NCBI GenBank assembly: GCA_965263075.1
Contig: CBDHGI010000006.1
Coordinates: 338,929 to 402,928 of the forward strand
Length of the DNA: 64,000 nucleotides
DNA from: Chloroflexota bacterium
Lineage (GTDB): Bacteria > Chloroflexota > UBA11872
Direction of reading: 5' to 3'
In this document: piece after piece, positions 1-9,103 of the stretch
Layout: each line of letters starts with the position of its first letter
Position numbering within the stretch: position 1 is the first letter of the stretch
Notes under the pieces: generated by a model
Databases searched by the model: none
Seen by the model: the letters and a program-made list of their open reading frames with translations, nothing else
Told to the model about the DNA's origin: nothing
Program-made: the position numbers and the translations under genes

Positions 1-1749
1 CAGTGAGCGCATGTCGTGGCGGGGCGAGGCCAGATCAGGCTCGCCGACGGCTCGCCAGTTCTCGATCTCTTCAAGGTGTCCAAGCCGGCGCAACGCGCTC
101 CACATATCGCCGTAATTGGCGCGTCCCGAGCCGCCGGCGCAGTCCCAAAAGAACAGTTGCTGGACGCCGGCCCGATACAGCCCGGATGCGCGTCGCCGCA
201 AGTGCTCCGGGGAAACCTGGCGGGGCATCATGTTGGGCGCAATGATCGTGTTGCTGCCGCGTGCGAGATTCACGAAGTAGTCAATCGCGCGCGGGTCGAC
301 CCAGGCGTCCACGCTGCTGTTGAGATTCGGTGCTGAAGAGTACGGGATCAGCGTGTCGACCAGGCCCTCGTCCACCCAGGCCTTGAGGTCAACGCCGAAG
401 TTCCGGTTCTCGGCTTCGCTACTCATCACCACAGCCGAAATCTGAAGGCGACGGTTGCGGCTCTGTCGTCGCGTCTCCTCGTCCATCGCGGCGCGTAGCT
501 CACGGTGAAACTGGGTAAGCACGCCTGATCGGTATCTCAGCCAAGTCTGGTCGTGCGGATCGAGCGTGCGCGGATCGACGCCGTGCGCGGAACGAAAGCC
601 CTCAACCAGTTGCGGTTCGTATTCCACCAGCGGAAGCCGCCGGTTGTAGAGCATGCAGACACCGTCCACCGGGTACTGCACGACCTCGCGCAAAAGCGAA
701 ATCACGTAAGCGCGAACTTCGGGATGGGTGTACGCGAAGCGGGGTGTCCGGCGACCGTCGCGGTCGACACCGCGCCATTCCGGACGCCGGGCGTAGATGG
801 CGTCGCCGTGGTTGAAGTGGTCGAGCGGTGGTGGGTAGTGGAAGCCGGCTACCCGATAGCTGGCGTGGATCTCAATACCGATCTCTCGTGCGTGCTCAGC
901 GGCCACTTGCAGCGGGTCGATACCCCGATCTCGGAGGATCCGCCAGCTTTCGGCGTTAAGGCGGTCCCCCTGGCGAGCGAAGTCATTCAAACCGTCGTAT
1001 GCGGGGATGCGGCCGATCTGTGTGAAGTAGTTCATCAGGTCGCCAGAGCCACATTCCCAGTAGAGACGTGAGAAGTCTGTGTGGCGGTACGGCTCGACTT
1101 CGCGTTGGATTTCGGCGGCGCTGGTCAGGCGCCAGGCGGAATGCGGCCCGTGGGCGTCCTGGTGGGCGAAGAGCCGTCGGGTCTGGGAGCGAGTGCGATC
1201 GGCGTTCACCGCGCGCACCTCGGAGGCGGTCAGTGGCACTAACTTGACATAAGCTATGCGGGCGGGCTGCCCAAGGAACGATCCGGGGCCGTCGCCAGGG
1301 GACGCGCGAGCGATTGGCTGCCCGATGACGAGGTCCCGGCCCGTCAGGTCCGCAACGTCCCAGAAGTGCTCACGCAGCGTTTCGGCGTGGCCGCCGAATG
1401 GGACGCGCGGCCAGGACAGAATGGTGAACGGACCGGGCCCGCTGAGCTTGAGTTGAGTCTCGAGCTGGCGACCTTCGGGCTCGGACCAAAAGGGATGCAC
1501 CCCAATCGACACGGCGTGCCAACCCTTGGCGTTGAGCGGATAGGTGATTGGTGGGGCGGCGGTCTCAGGGCCAGCCAGCAGCATCGCGCCATTGAATCCG
1601 TCCGTCGCATACGGCAGCGTCCGCCAGGACCGGCGGCGCGGTTGGGGCGAAAGTGCGTCGGTGGGTGTGCAGCGGTCGAGGTCGGTTCGGTAGATCGGCG
1701 GCTGACTGAAGCCCCGGTCGGCAATGAAGTCGAGTGTTGGCTCGGTCAT
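1..1749 (-). CDS. Hypothetical protein, possibly a glycoside-hydrolase-like (GHL10-type) TIM barrel. N-terminal 582 aa are in the window; the C-terminus lies beyond the window start.
   Basis: Manual minus-strand translation from the ATG at 1749 (MTEPTLDFIADRGF...) stays open to base 1 with protein-like composition. It is absent from the ORF track only because it has no stop inside the window. It starts 20 bp downstream of the upstream DapA-family gene stop. Confidence 0.55.
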   Translation of the reverse strand, partial: MTEPTLDFIADRGFSQPPIYRTDLDRCTPTDALSPQPRRRSWRTLPYATDGFNGAMLLAGPETAAPPITYPLNAKGWHAVSIGVHPFWSEPEGRQLETQLKLSGPGPFTILSWPRVPFGGHAETLREHFWDVADLTGRDLVIGQPIARASPGDGPGSFLGQPARIAYVKLVPLTASEVRAVNADRTRSQTRRLFAHQDAHGPHSAWRLTSAAEIQREVEPYRHTDFSRLYWECGSGDLMNYFTQIGRIPAYDGLNDFARQGDRLNAESWRILRDRGIDPLQVAAEHAREIGIEIHASYRVAGFHYPPPLDHFNHGDAIYARRPEWRGVDRDGRRTPRFAYTHPEVRAYVISLLREVVQYPVDGVCMLYNRRLPLVEYEPQLVEGFRSAHGVDPRTLDPHDQTWLRYRSGVLTQFHRELRAAMDEETRRQSRNRRLQISAVVMSSEAENRNFGVDLKAWVDEGLVDTLIPYSSAPNLNSSVDAWVDPRAIDYFVNLARGSNTIIAPNMMPRQVSPEHLRRRASGLYRAGVQQLFFWDCAGGSGRANYGDMWSALRRLGHLEEIENWRAVGEPDLASPRHDMRSL

Positions 1750-1768
1750 CACTCGGTAGAGCTGCTGG

Positions 1769-2656
1769 TCATGGCCAGATTCCCAGTCGTCGAAGCAACG
1801 CGCGAACGTCCTCCATTTCGGCCTGCGTCGCGTTCGGCGCTGGCGACCGCCGCCAGCGGGGCGCCACGCCGTAGACCTCGATCATGGCTTGGGAGAAGCC
1901 GTTGTAGCCGCTGGGGAAGCGGTGCGCCACCTGTCGCAGCGGTATTTCTATTCGCATTACGACATCCCATGCCTCGTCGGTAGCGCCACGCTGCAAGGCC
2001 TTCCAGTAGCGCATGGCCGGCTCGGGATAGCAGCGAACGAATGGCTCCAACCAGGAACGGCAGCCGTGCGGCCAGAGCAGGAAGTGGCGCTTCATGCCCC
2101 CGCCGCCCACCATCGGCCAGCGGTCGCCCCAGCGCATCAGGACCTCGTGCGCGTAGTCGAGTTGGGTGTCCTCTTTGAATCCGAGGATTCCGGGCGCGTC
2201 CTCGATGAGTTCGCAGGTCCGGATCGGTACGTCGCCCACCAGCAACACGCGGGTTCGTCCAGCCACAGCACGGTAAAAGTCGGCCAGCGATTCGGGCGTT
2301 CCCCTGGCCCACTCCGCAGGGCGGGTCATGTAGAGGTCATAGCCCAGGCCATGCACCATTTCGCCAAACTCCAGCGTCTGGTTAAGGCCCCACATGCCGT
2401 CGCAGGCAATCGTCAGCGCGCGGTCGCCGACGTGCGCAATCATCGAGCGGTGTACCTGGGCCAGTTCGTCGTCGCTCAGCAGTGAAACGAGAGTCTCGCC
2501 CCAGGTGAGCATGATGACCTGGCAGCCGGCCTCCAGGGAACGGTCGATGATGGCGTGCATGCCGCCAAAATCGATCGTTCCGTCCCTGTGAAACTTGGTG
2601 GGCAGCGGATTGACCGGACCGCTGAGCAGCGCCCGGATTTCCTCAGGGTCTCGCAC
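1769..2656 (-). CDS. Dihydrodipicolinate synthase / N-acetylneuraminate lyase family (DapA-like class I aldolase)
   Basis: 295-aa ORF containing GTIDFGGMHAIIDRSLEAGCQVIMLTWGETLVSLLSDDE, which resembles the DHDPS-family TIM-barrel signature. Confidence 0.75.
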   Translation of the reverse strand: MRDPEEIRALLSGPVNPLPTKFHRDGTIDFGGMHAIIDRSLEAGCQVIMLTWGETLVSLLSDDELAQVHRSMIAHVGDRALTIACDGMWGLNQTLEFGEMVHGLGYDLYMTRPAEWARGTPESLADFYRAVAGRTRVLLVGDVPIRTCELIEDAPGILGFKEDTQLDYAHEVLMRWGDRWPMVGGGGMKRHFLLWPHGCRSWLEPFVRCYPEPAMRYWKALQRGATDEAWDVVMRIEIPLRQVAHRFPSGYNGFSQAMIEVYGVAPRWRRSPAPNATQAEMEDVRALLRRLGIWP

Positions 2657-2760
2657 AGGCCAACTCCGCTGAGCGCGCTGCTAGCACCGGTCGAGGCCGA
2701 CCCGTCGGAAGAACGCGCCGGGCTACCCGTTTCAGATCCGCCATTGCTGACGTGACGCTG

Positions 2761-3750
2761 CTAGTTGGGACTGATCGCCACCGCTCGGATTTCGCCGAAT
2801 TCCCGATCCAGCTTGCGCCAGGAGGCGCCGCCGTCATCGCTGAGGTACAGGTATCCGTAGAGGCTGGCCGCGGCGATGTGGTCCGGCACGTCCACGTGCG
2901 CACTGAAGCAGTAGACGACGGAATTGGGTGTGGTCGGTAAGTCGGGTGTGTCCCACGTGTCGCCTCCGTCCACGGTGCGGCGCACCGCTCCGGTGACTCC
3001 AGGGATGCCGTTCCCATTGCCCACGAACATTACGTCCGGGTTGTCGGGCCGCACGAGGATGTTGCGGCAGTAGGACGAACCGCCGGGATCGAAGCTGGGG
3101 AACTTGTGGTGGTCCCAGGACTCGCCTTCGTTCGTACTGACGGCCAGACCGAAGGGGCTGGTGGAATAGACCAACGTGGGGTCACCTGGCCGGATGGCTA
3201 TCCCGTGAATGTCGTCGTACATCATTTGGGGACCCACGTTGGGCAGTGCCGACCAGGAGTCCCCGCCGTCCTTGCTTCGATACAGACCGGCGACTTCGAC
3301 CCCTGCCCAAACGGTGAGGTGGTCGCGTGGATCGACGATCACGGTGGTCGTGCGCGGCGGCGAGATGGGCCCGTTCAGGTTGACGTTCACGGGAAGTTGG
3401 TCCCAGGAATGGCCGTCGTCCTTGGACCGGAAGACCCCGGGACGCGTTCCGGCAAAGATGATGCTGGGATCCACCGGATCAACCGTCACGGACCAGATGT
3501 GGATGCCATCCATGGGCGAGTCGAGTTGTTCCCAGGATTCCCCCTGGTCATCGCTGCGGAAGATGCCGGCGTCGGTGCCCGCAATGACCCGATTGGGGTT
3601 GTTGGGATACACGGTTACGGCGCGGACGGTGCTCTCCGTGGGAACCGGACTGCTGATCTGTGTCCAGCTGGAGCCTCCGTCGGAACTCACGTTCAGCCCG
3701 CCGCCGACCGTTCCCACGAACATCGTGAAGTCTTGCGCCATTGCACTCAC
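2761..3750 (-). CDS. BNR/Asp-box repeat protein (sialidase-like or Ycf48-like beta-propeller)
   Basis: 329 aa with repeated S-x-D-x-G-x-(S/T)-W motifs (SSDGGSSW, SDDQGESW, SKDDGHSW, SKDGGDSW, TNEGESW, VDGGDTW, SDDGGASW). Confidence 0.75.
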   Translation of the reverse strand: MSAMAQDFTMFVGTVGGGLNVSSDGGSSWTQISSPVPTESTVRAVTVYPNNPNRVIAGTDAGIFRSDDQGESWEQLDSPMDGIHIWSVTVDPVDPSIIFAGTRPGVFRSKDDGHSWDQLPVNVNLNGPISPPRTTTVIVDPRDHLTVWAGVEVAGLYRSKDGGDSWSALPNVGPQMMYDDIHGIAIRPGDPTLVYSTSPFGLAVSTNEGESWDHHKFPSFDPGGSSYCRNILVRPDNPDVMFVGNGNGIPGVTGAVRRTVDGGDTWDTPDLPTTPNSVVYCFSAHVDVPDHIAAASLYGYLYLSDDGGASWRKLDREFGEIRAVAISPN

Positions 3751-3940
3751 TCCTCGCGGCAGCCCGGCACAGCCGGGACGGCCGCCGAACCAGCGCCTGT
3801 CAACGCGTCAAGCAGCGAGTCTAGCGAAACCGGCCGCTGCTTTTCGGCCACGGACTATCTGGAAGGCGCTTGCACTCCCTGGCGGCGAGCCTCTCCCGCG
3901 GATTGTCTGCTATGCACCGCCGACGCATGGCCGATCCCAA

Positions 3941-4807
3941 CTACTCGGGCAGTGTCGCGCGAACCGAGAACATGAACGGAACGCGACCAGGCTGATCGGC
4001 GAGGCTCCACCACTCGTCGCGGCCTTTGACCATGCCCGGCAAAGCCCGATAGCCGGCGACCGGGTACTCCCGCAGCGACTCGATCCGGAAGCCGGCGTCG
4101 ATGATTGCGTTCACGATTTCGCCGAGCCCGTGGTCCCATTCATAGGTCACCGTGTGCGCGATTGGAATGTCCGTCTCGACGTAGGTGCCAAGTTCGTCGA
4201 ACCGCAGCGCCTCCCCCTCGAAGTACGGTCCGACGAATTCGATCCGGCTGTCTGGCCGATCCTGCTCCAGCGCGCTGAAAACCGGATGTCCATCGCGGAT
4301 GAACGCCGTTCCGCCCGGACGGGTGAGCCGACGGACGACCTGCGCCCAGGCGGCCACGTCCGGCAGCCAGCACAGAGCGCCCTCGCTCGCGTAGACAATG
4401 TCGAACGTCTTCCCCAGCGCCTCCGGCGCCTCGTACACGTCGGCCACCACGAACCGACCCGGCGTCTGCGAGCGGCGGCTGATGTCGCGGGCCGCGGCCA
4501 CGGCCGGCGCCGAGAAGTCAAGTCCGGTGACTTCGGCCCCAAGACGCGCCCAGGACAGCGTGTCCAGGCCGATGTGGCATTGCAGGTGCAGCAGCGACCG
4601 GTCCCGCACGTCCCCAAGCTCTCCCCGATCCAACCTGACGGCCTTGCTGATCTTGCGGGGGTCCGCTACGAAGCCCTCGACGTCGTGCCCGGGCGATGCC
4701 AGATGTGCGGCCACCCTGTCGTTCCAGTTCGCCAGATTGGCCGAGCGCTCGGCTTCGCGCCCGCTCCACGCCATTCGTCGGTCCGCGCAACCGTCAGCGG
4801 CAGCCAT
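3941..4807 (-). CDS. Class I SAM-dependent methyltransferase
   Basis: Conserved block ANLANWNDRVAAHLAS...LHLQCHIGLDTLSWARLGAEVTGLDFS (glycine-rich SAM-binding region). The listed ORF starts at 4876; internal ATGs at 4807 and 4774 are more likely true starts. Confidence 0.75.
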   Translation of the reverse strand: MAAADGCADRRMAWSGREAERSANLANWNDRVAAHLASPGHDVEGFVADPRKISKAVRLDRGELGDVRDRSLLHLQCHIGLDTLSWARLGAEVTGLDFSAPAVAAARDISRRSQTPGRFVVADVYEAPEALGKTFDIVYASEGALCWLPDVAAWAQVVRRLTRPGGTAFIRDGHPVFSALEQDRPDSRIEFVGPYFEGEALRFDELGTYVETDIPIAHTVTYEWDHGLGEIVNAIIDAGFRIESLREYPVAGYRALPGMVKGRDEWWSLADQPGRVPFMFSVRATLPE

Positions 4808-4927
4808 GAGATCGGGACCCGATCCTCGTGTGCGCGCCCAGACGCCACGCGTTTCGTGGTACCTCTCGCGGCCCAACTTCGCGGCGGCGTCTGGCGATTA
4901 CCGGCTGCCGGGACACTGTGTCGCGCC

Positions 4928-5323
4928 TCACGAGGGCTCCTCACGCAGGACCGTCCCAACGCCGTCGATCCCGCGGTCGAACGAGGCTACGACGCCTACG
5001 CCCGTGCGCTCCGCGCTCGCCACCAGATATGCGTCAGCGAAATCGAGGCCGTGCACTTCATACAACTCCACGGCGCGCCGCAGGAGCATGCCGTCAATAA
5101 CGCGGATAGCACGGAAGGCAAGGATGGACCGCAGCGCTTCGGCCACCTGGAAACGGGCGACCTGGTAGTACGACTCCAGGACATACGCGACGTCAGCCAG
5201 GATGAGGTCCGGCAGCAGCAACTGGTCCGCCTGGTCGAGGTAGCGAGTCGCCATCCGAGCCTGCGTGGGCGGATCGCCGGTGAGATGCCGGATCAGCACG
5301 TTCGTATCGACGAACGCCGTCAT
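4928..5323 (-). CDS. vapC: PIN-domain ribonuclease toxin VapC
   Basis: 131 aa starting MTAFVDTNVLIRHL (PIN N-terminal motif), with conserved acidic residues, and overlapping the upstream antitoxin gene by 4 bp. Confidence 0.8.
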   Translation of the reverse strand: MTAFVDTNVLIRHLTGDPPTQARMATRYLDQADQLLLPDLILADVAYVLESYYQVARFQVAEALRSILAFRAIRVIDGMLLRRAVELYEVHGLDFADAYLVASAERTGVGVVASFDRGIDGVGTVLREEPS

Positions 5324-5568
5324 CGCCGGCTGGCTGCTCGCGTCCGCCGAGTTTCGCGCAACACGACGTCCCAGGGTGTGCCCTGTTTCGGCGCAGGTAC
5401 GCTCACCGAGCCGGCGAGCTGGATGAGGTCGGGGCTGCGCGCGATGATGGCGCGCTGGCCTTCGACCCTGAAGAGAACCTCGTCGCCCTGCTCGATCGCG
5501 AGCGCCTCGCGTACCGCACGGGGAATCGTGAGCTGGCCTTTCGAGCTGACCCTGGCTGAAGCGTCCAT
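5320..5568 (-). CDS. vapB: AbrB/SpoVT/MazE-type antitoxin (VapB-like)
   Basis: 82 aa with the SKGQLTIPRAVREAL swapped-hairpin motif, overlapping vapC by 4 bp (ATGA). Confidence 0.75.
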   Translation of the reverse strand: MDASARVSSKGQLTIPRAVREALAIEQGDEVLFRVEGQRAIIARSPDLIQLAGSVSVPAPKQGTPWDVVLRETRRTRAASRR

Positions 5569-5749
5569 ACGCCCCTCCTTACGATTGACTTAAAGTAAGG
5601 ATACCGCAGGGACGTCTACCCACCCAATGGGACCTGCTCTGAGGCGTCGATGGGCCACGCCGGCCTCTTGCCGACCGGATAGTCGCATTGGCGGGCGAGA
5701 CGCGGCTACGCACGGCCGCCTAAACCCAAGTGGTCGGGACAGTCGATGT

Positions 5750-5826
5750 TGGTACCCCCGGTAGGACTCGAACCTACAACCAACTGATTAAGAGTCAGGT
5801 GCTCTGCCAAATTGAGCTACGGAGGC
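5750..5826 (-). tRNA. tRNA-Lys (anticodon CTT)
   Basis: The reverse complement reads GCCTCCGTAGCTCAATTTGGCAGAGCACCTGACTCTTAATCAGTTGGTTGTAGGTTCGAGTCCTACCGGGGGTACCA. It has a 7-bp acceptor stem, a D-arm, the anticodon loop CT-CTT-AA, a T-arm with GTTCGAGTC, and an encoded CCA. Confidence 0.85.
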
Positions 5827-5953
5827 TTGCACGCCCGCGAACGCACGGCCCGCAAACGTCTGAGCCGATGTTAGCAACACCGCGCGGCGGTTCTGAACGA
5901 TGGCTGGGTCGTGCATGAACTTTCTTTCGGTCTCCCCGTAGAGAAGGGATACG

Positions 5954-6487
5954 GTGGCTGCGTTTCCCAAACTTGCACTTGATACGCGCATGCCCCGGCT
6001 CTCAGGAACATCACCCCGTTTGATCGCCGTGCTTGCACTGCTAGCCGTCGCGCTGGTGGTGGGTGGCGTGGCCCTGGGGCTGGCCCTCACACGCCACAGC
6101 GGGGAAGGCGCGGAGTCTTCGGACAGCGGCGAAGAGTCGGGAACCCAACTGTCTCGCGGTCAGACGTTTGATCAGGTGCGGGCCGGCGCACGGTTGCTTG
6201 TGAGCTATGACGCCGCTTCGAACACGTTCACGGGAACGGTGGAGAACACCACGAGCTCGCTGCTGGACCAGGTGCGGATCGAGATTCACCTCTCAAACGG
6301 CGTGGAAGTCGGGCCGACGACTCCGGTTGATCTAGCGGCTGGCCAGACCGTGCCCGTGACCCTGCCGGCATCGGCGGCGCCATTTCAGACCTGGAGCGCG
6401 CACGCGGAGGTCGGCGCCGGCGCGAGCGGTGGTGGCGAGCACAGCGAGGGCAACGAGCACAGCAGCGGCTCTGAGTCGCGCAAATAA
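5954..6487 (+). CDS. Hypothetical membrane-anchored or secreted protein
   Basis: 177 aa with an N-terminal hydrophobic anchor (LIAVLALLAVALVVGGVALGLAL) and a Ser/Gly/Glu-rich C-terminus. No family recognised. Confidence 0.5.
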   Translation: MAAFPKLALDTRMPRLSGTSPRLIAVLALLAVALVVGGVALGLALTRHSGEGAESSDSGEESGTQLSRGQTFDQVRAGARLLVSYDAASNTFTGTVENTTSSLLDQVRIEIHLSNGVEVGPTTPVDLAAGQTVPVTLPASAAPFQTWSAHAEVGAGASGGGEHSEGNEHSSGSESRK

Positions 6488-6613
6488 CAGAAGAGGCGCT
6501 GGCCAACTCGCCGGACGGAGAATTGGCGCGGGAGAACCGTGAGGTGCTTCACGATTCACCGACTTCGCTCGTGAGACGATGGCTATGTAGCCAATATCTT
6601 CACAGGTGCCCGG

Positions 6614-7297
6614 ATGCGGTGGCAGTTTTCTGCTCGATTGACTTCACTGATTGTGTTGGCGGCGGTCTCGGTGGCCGTCGGCGTCGCCGCCCTTGGCCTT
6701 GCCCTGGCCCGTGGCGGAGAGGCCGGCCCGGCGGAACAGGCGGCCGCGCACGTTGACAAAGCCAGGTCCGACACCATCTCGAAGGCTGATTCGAGAATGT
6801 TCAAGCGGGGGAACGGCAAGTTTGATGCGGATCGATACCAGCAGGACAAGCGCAAGCGCGATGCAGACCGTTACCAGCGAGGCAAGGACACTCGCGGCAC
6901 GTACCACGACTGGTGGGGTTCCCGACGCGCTATCGTCGGGCCGCGACTCGAGGCACTCCGACGTTCCTTCTTCCACAGTGACTCCCCAGCCATGCGACGG
7001 TCCGAGCGTGCGCTGCCGGAGCGACAGGTGTTACGTCCGGTCGGAATGGTGATCGCCGTCGGTGAAGTCACCGCCGTGCACGAGGGCGCGATCGAGATGT
7101 TCACTGTGTTTGGCAACCAAGTGACCATTGACGTCAGTCAGCTTGCTGCGGACACCGTGCCGAAGGTCGGAGCGTCGGCCATCGTGATTGCCGAGCGCGA
7201 CGATGACCGCTACGTTGCCCAGTCGCTGGATCTGCTCGAAGTGCGCCTGTCGGACATGCTGGAGGGCATGCGCGCCCGGTCGCGCGCAGCGTCCTAG
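6614..7297 (+). CDS. Hypothetical secreted or membrane-anchored protein
   Basis: 227 aa with an N-terminal signal/anchor (LIVLAAVSVAVGVAALGLALA) followed by a charged K/R/D-rich region. No family recognised. Confidence 0.5.
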   Translation: MRWQFSARLTSLIVLAAVSVAVGVAALGLALARGGEAGPAEQAAAHVDKARSDTISKADSRMFKRGNGKFDADRYQQDKRKRDADRYQRGKDTRGTYHDWWGSRRAIVGPRLEALRRSFFHSDSPAMRRSERALPERQVLRPVGMVIAVGEVTAVHEGAIEMFTVFGNQVTIDVSQLAADTVPKVGASAIVIAERDDDRYVAQSLDLLEVRLSDMLEGMRARSRAAS

Positions 7298-7381
7298 CGC
7301 GCGTCGTCAGCCCCGGCCCCCGGCGCCGCGCGGGTAGAGTATCCGCGCCGGTGCCGGCGGGCCCGGTCATGTGAGCTTGAA

Positions 7382-8017
7382 ATGCGTTCCTTCCGGTCTG
7401 ACGTCGCGGAAGCCTTGGTGGTGATCGTTATCTTCACCGCGGTTGGCATGGGCCCGCTGTATGCCCTGGGCGCGGTCGCCGACGGGTTTCTCAATCCGGA
7501 AGACCCGACTAGTTGGGGCGCCAGTTCGCCGGTCGTCTACTGGCTGGCCATCGTGATCATCGGCCATTTCTTCGGCTGGACGATGACCGGGCTGGCGGTG
7601 GACTACGAATCCTTCTGGCGGCTGCCGGGACGCCTGCGGGCATTCGAGGCACTCGTGGCTGAAGCCGGCGCGGGCAGCGTTCTGCATGCCGCCGCCAACG
7701 AGCGAGACGGCGCAATGGGCGCGCTGCGCTACCGCCGGCTGCGCAGCCTGGGCAGCAATGTCCTCGCCGTCGCGCCACTGACCTTCGTCTACATCGCGGT
7801 ACGCGGCGCCTGGCTCGCTTCGGGTATAGCGAGCAGCGCCGCCGCGGTTGAACTCATCCGAGTGTCGGTGTCCGGCGAAGCGGCTGCAGCATCTCTCGTG
7901 GCGCTGGCGGTTTCGCTGGTCGTGTTCGCCGTAGCAAGCCTGCTCACTTCAACGCTTGGACCGCCGGCCGCCCGACAGGCCGTGCGCGTGATCGAAGCCA
8001 GCAGCGCCGACGGTTAG
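7382..8017 (+). CDS. Hypothetical integral membrane protein
   Basis: 211 aa with several predicted transmembrane segments; the third of three consecutive same-strand orphan genes after the tRNA. Confidence 0.5.
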   Translation: MRSFRSDVAEALVVIVIFTAVGMGPLYALGAVADGFLNPEDPTSWGASSPVVYWLAIVIIGHFFGWTMTGLAVDYESFWRLPGRLRAFEALVAEAGAGSVLHAAANERDGAMGALRYRRLRSLGSNVLAVAPLTFVYIAVRGAWLASGIASSAAAVELIRVSVSGEAAAASLVALAVSLVVFAVASLLTSTLGPPAARQAVRVIEASSADG

Positions 8018-8778
8018 GCGTTCGTCGGCAAGTCCACGAACTCCGCGCTGCAGTCCATCTCGGCTGAGATCAGTTCGGCCAGGGCCTGTACGCCGAATAC
8101 CTCGGTTGCGTAGTGTCCGGCGGCCAGAAAGTGCACGCCCAGCTCCCGGCTCCACATTTCCACCGGCTCGAACATATCGCCCGTGACGAAGGCGTCGCAG
8201 CCCTTGGCCGCCGCTTCCGGGAAGTCTCGCGGACCGCCTCCGCTGCACACCGCAATGCGCCGAATCTCGGCCGGACCGTTTGCATAGTGCGCGTGCAGCG
8301 GCCCGATGGCCTGCTTGACGCGTTCCGCGAACGCTTCCGCCGGCACGGGTTCGGACACGGAGCCGAACCAGCCGACGGTCCGCTCGCCCGTGGGCGCAAA
8401 CCCAGCCGGCTCGCGCTTAAAGCTCAGCGCCGCAATGATGCGCGCGTTGTTTCCCAGCGTGGGGTGCCCGTCCAACGCCAGGTGATAGGCCGCCAGGTTG
8501 ATGTCGTTGTCAAACAGGATACGCAGACGCTCGCGCAGCATTGGGTCGACCACACGCGAATCGTTGTCCCAGAACAGCCCGTGGTGCACGAGCACTAACC
8601 CGGCATCCCGTTCGGCCGCGGCCTCGAACAGCGCCCGGCTGGCGGACACGGCCGTCACCACAGTGTCGACCATCGCGCGCCCGTGGACTTGCAGGCCCAT
8701 CGGCCCGTAGTCAGGAAACGCCTGGACTTCGAGTATTCGGTTTAGGTGGCTGACGAGGTCGTCGCGCGGCTCAGGCAC
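8014..8778 (-). CDS. Nif3-family dinuclear metal-centre protein (GTP cyclohydrolase 1 type 2 homolog)
   Basis: Conserved LNRILEVQAFPDYGPMGLQVHG...HHGLFWD...HLALDGHP...CSGGG...AAGHYATE blocks. The listed ORF start at 8958 is an R/S/T-rich artefact. A GTG at 8778 overlaps the upstream gene end by 8 bp. Confidence 0.7.
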   Translation of the reverse strand: MPEPRDDLVSHLNRILEVQAFPDYGPMGLQVHGRAMVDTVVTAVSASRALFEAAAERDAGLVLVHHGLFWDNDSRVVDPMLRERLRILFDNDINLAAYHLALDGHPTLGNNARIIAALSFKREPAGFAPTGERTVGWFGSVSEPVPAEAFAERVKQAIGPLHAHYANGPAEIRRIAVCSGGGPRDFPEAAAKGCDAFVTGDMFEPVEMWSRELGVHFLAAGHYATEVFGVQALAELISAEMDCSAEFVDLPTNA

Positions 8779-9103
8779 CAGCGGCCGGTTCGGGCGACCG
8801 GCGGCGTTCACGCACCTGGAGAACGAGCTCGGCGTCCGTTTCAGACGACACCGAGATTTCAACAAACTCGTCGGCGCTGATCCCCAGTTCCCCCAGCACT
8901 CGGCGGTCGATGGGGCACGGGTAGATGTAGTCGTCGATCGTCCCGTCCGCTTTCGCACGCGCCTTGTCCGACATGCGGGCGATCCACGGAATGCCGCCGA
9001 TCACCAGGTCGCGTCCCCGCGGCTGGAATGGCTGGTTGGTCCCTGAGTCGTTCGTAGCAGCCATGGCTAGCTCTCTTGCGCTATCCGCCATCAGAAGTGG
9101 CAA
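8771..9103 (-). CDS. Hypothetical conserved protein (possibly DUF5069-like)
   Basis: 110 aa with the protein-like block RDLVIGGIPWIARMSDKARAKADGTIDDYIYPCPIDRRVLGELGI; same strand and overlapping its neighbours. Confidence 0.45.
   Translation of the reverse strand: MPLLMADSARELAMAATNDSGTNQPFQPRGRDLVIGGIPWIARMSDKARAKADGTIDDYIYPCPIDRRVLGELGISADEFVEISVSSETDAELVLQVRERRRSPEPAAGA

Noticed and set aside
553-1071. 172-aa plus-strand ORF near the window start
   Set aside because: It is antisense to the long edge-truncated minus-strand reading frame recovered manually.
3209-5593. 794-aa plus-strand ORF spanning several minus-strand genes
   Set aside because: Its translation is Arg/Pro/Ser/Ala-rich low-complexity sequence with no domains. 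It is antisense to the methyltransferase and vapBC genes, a typical high-GC long-ORF artefact.
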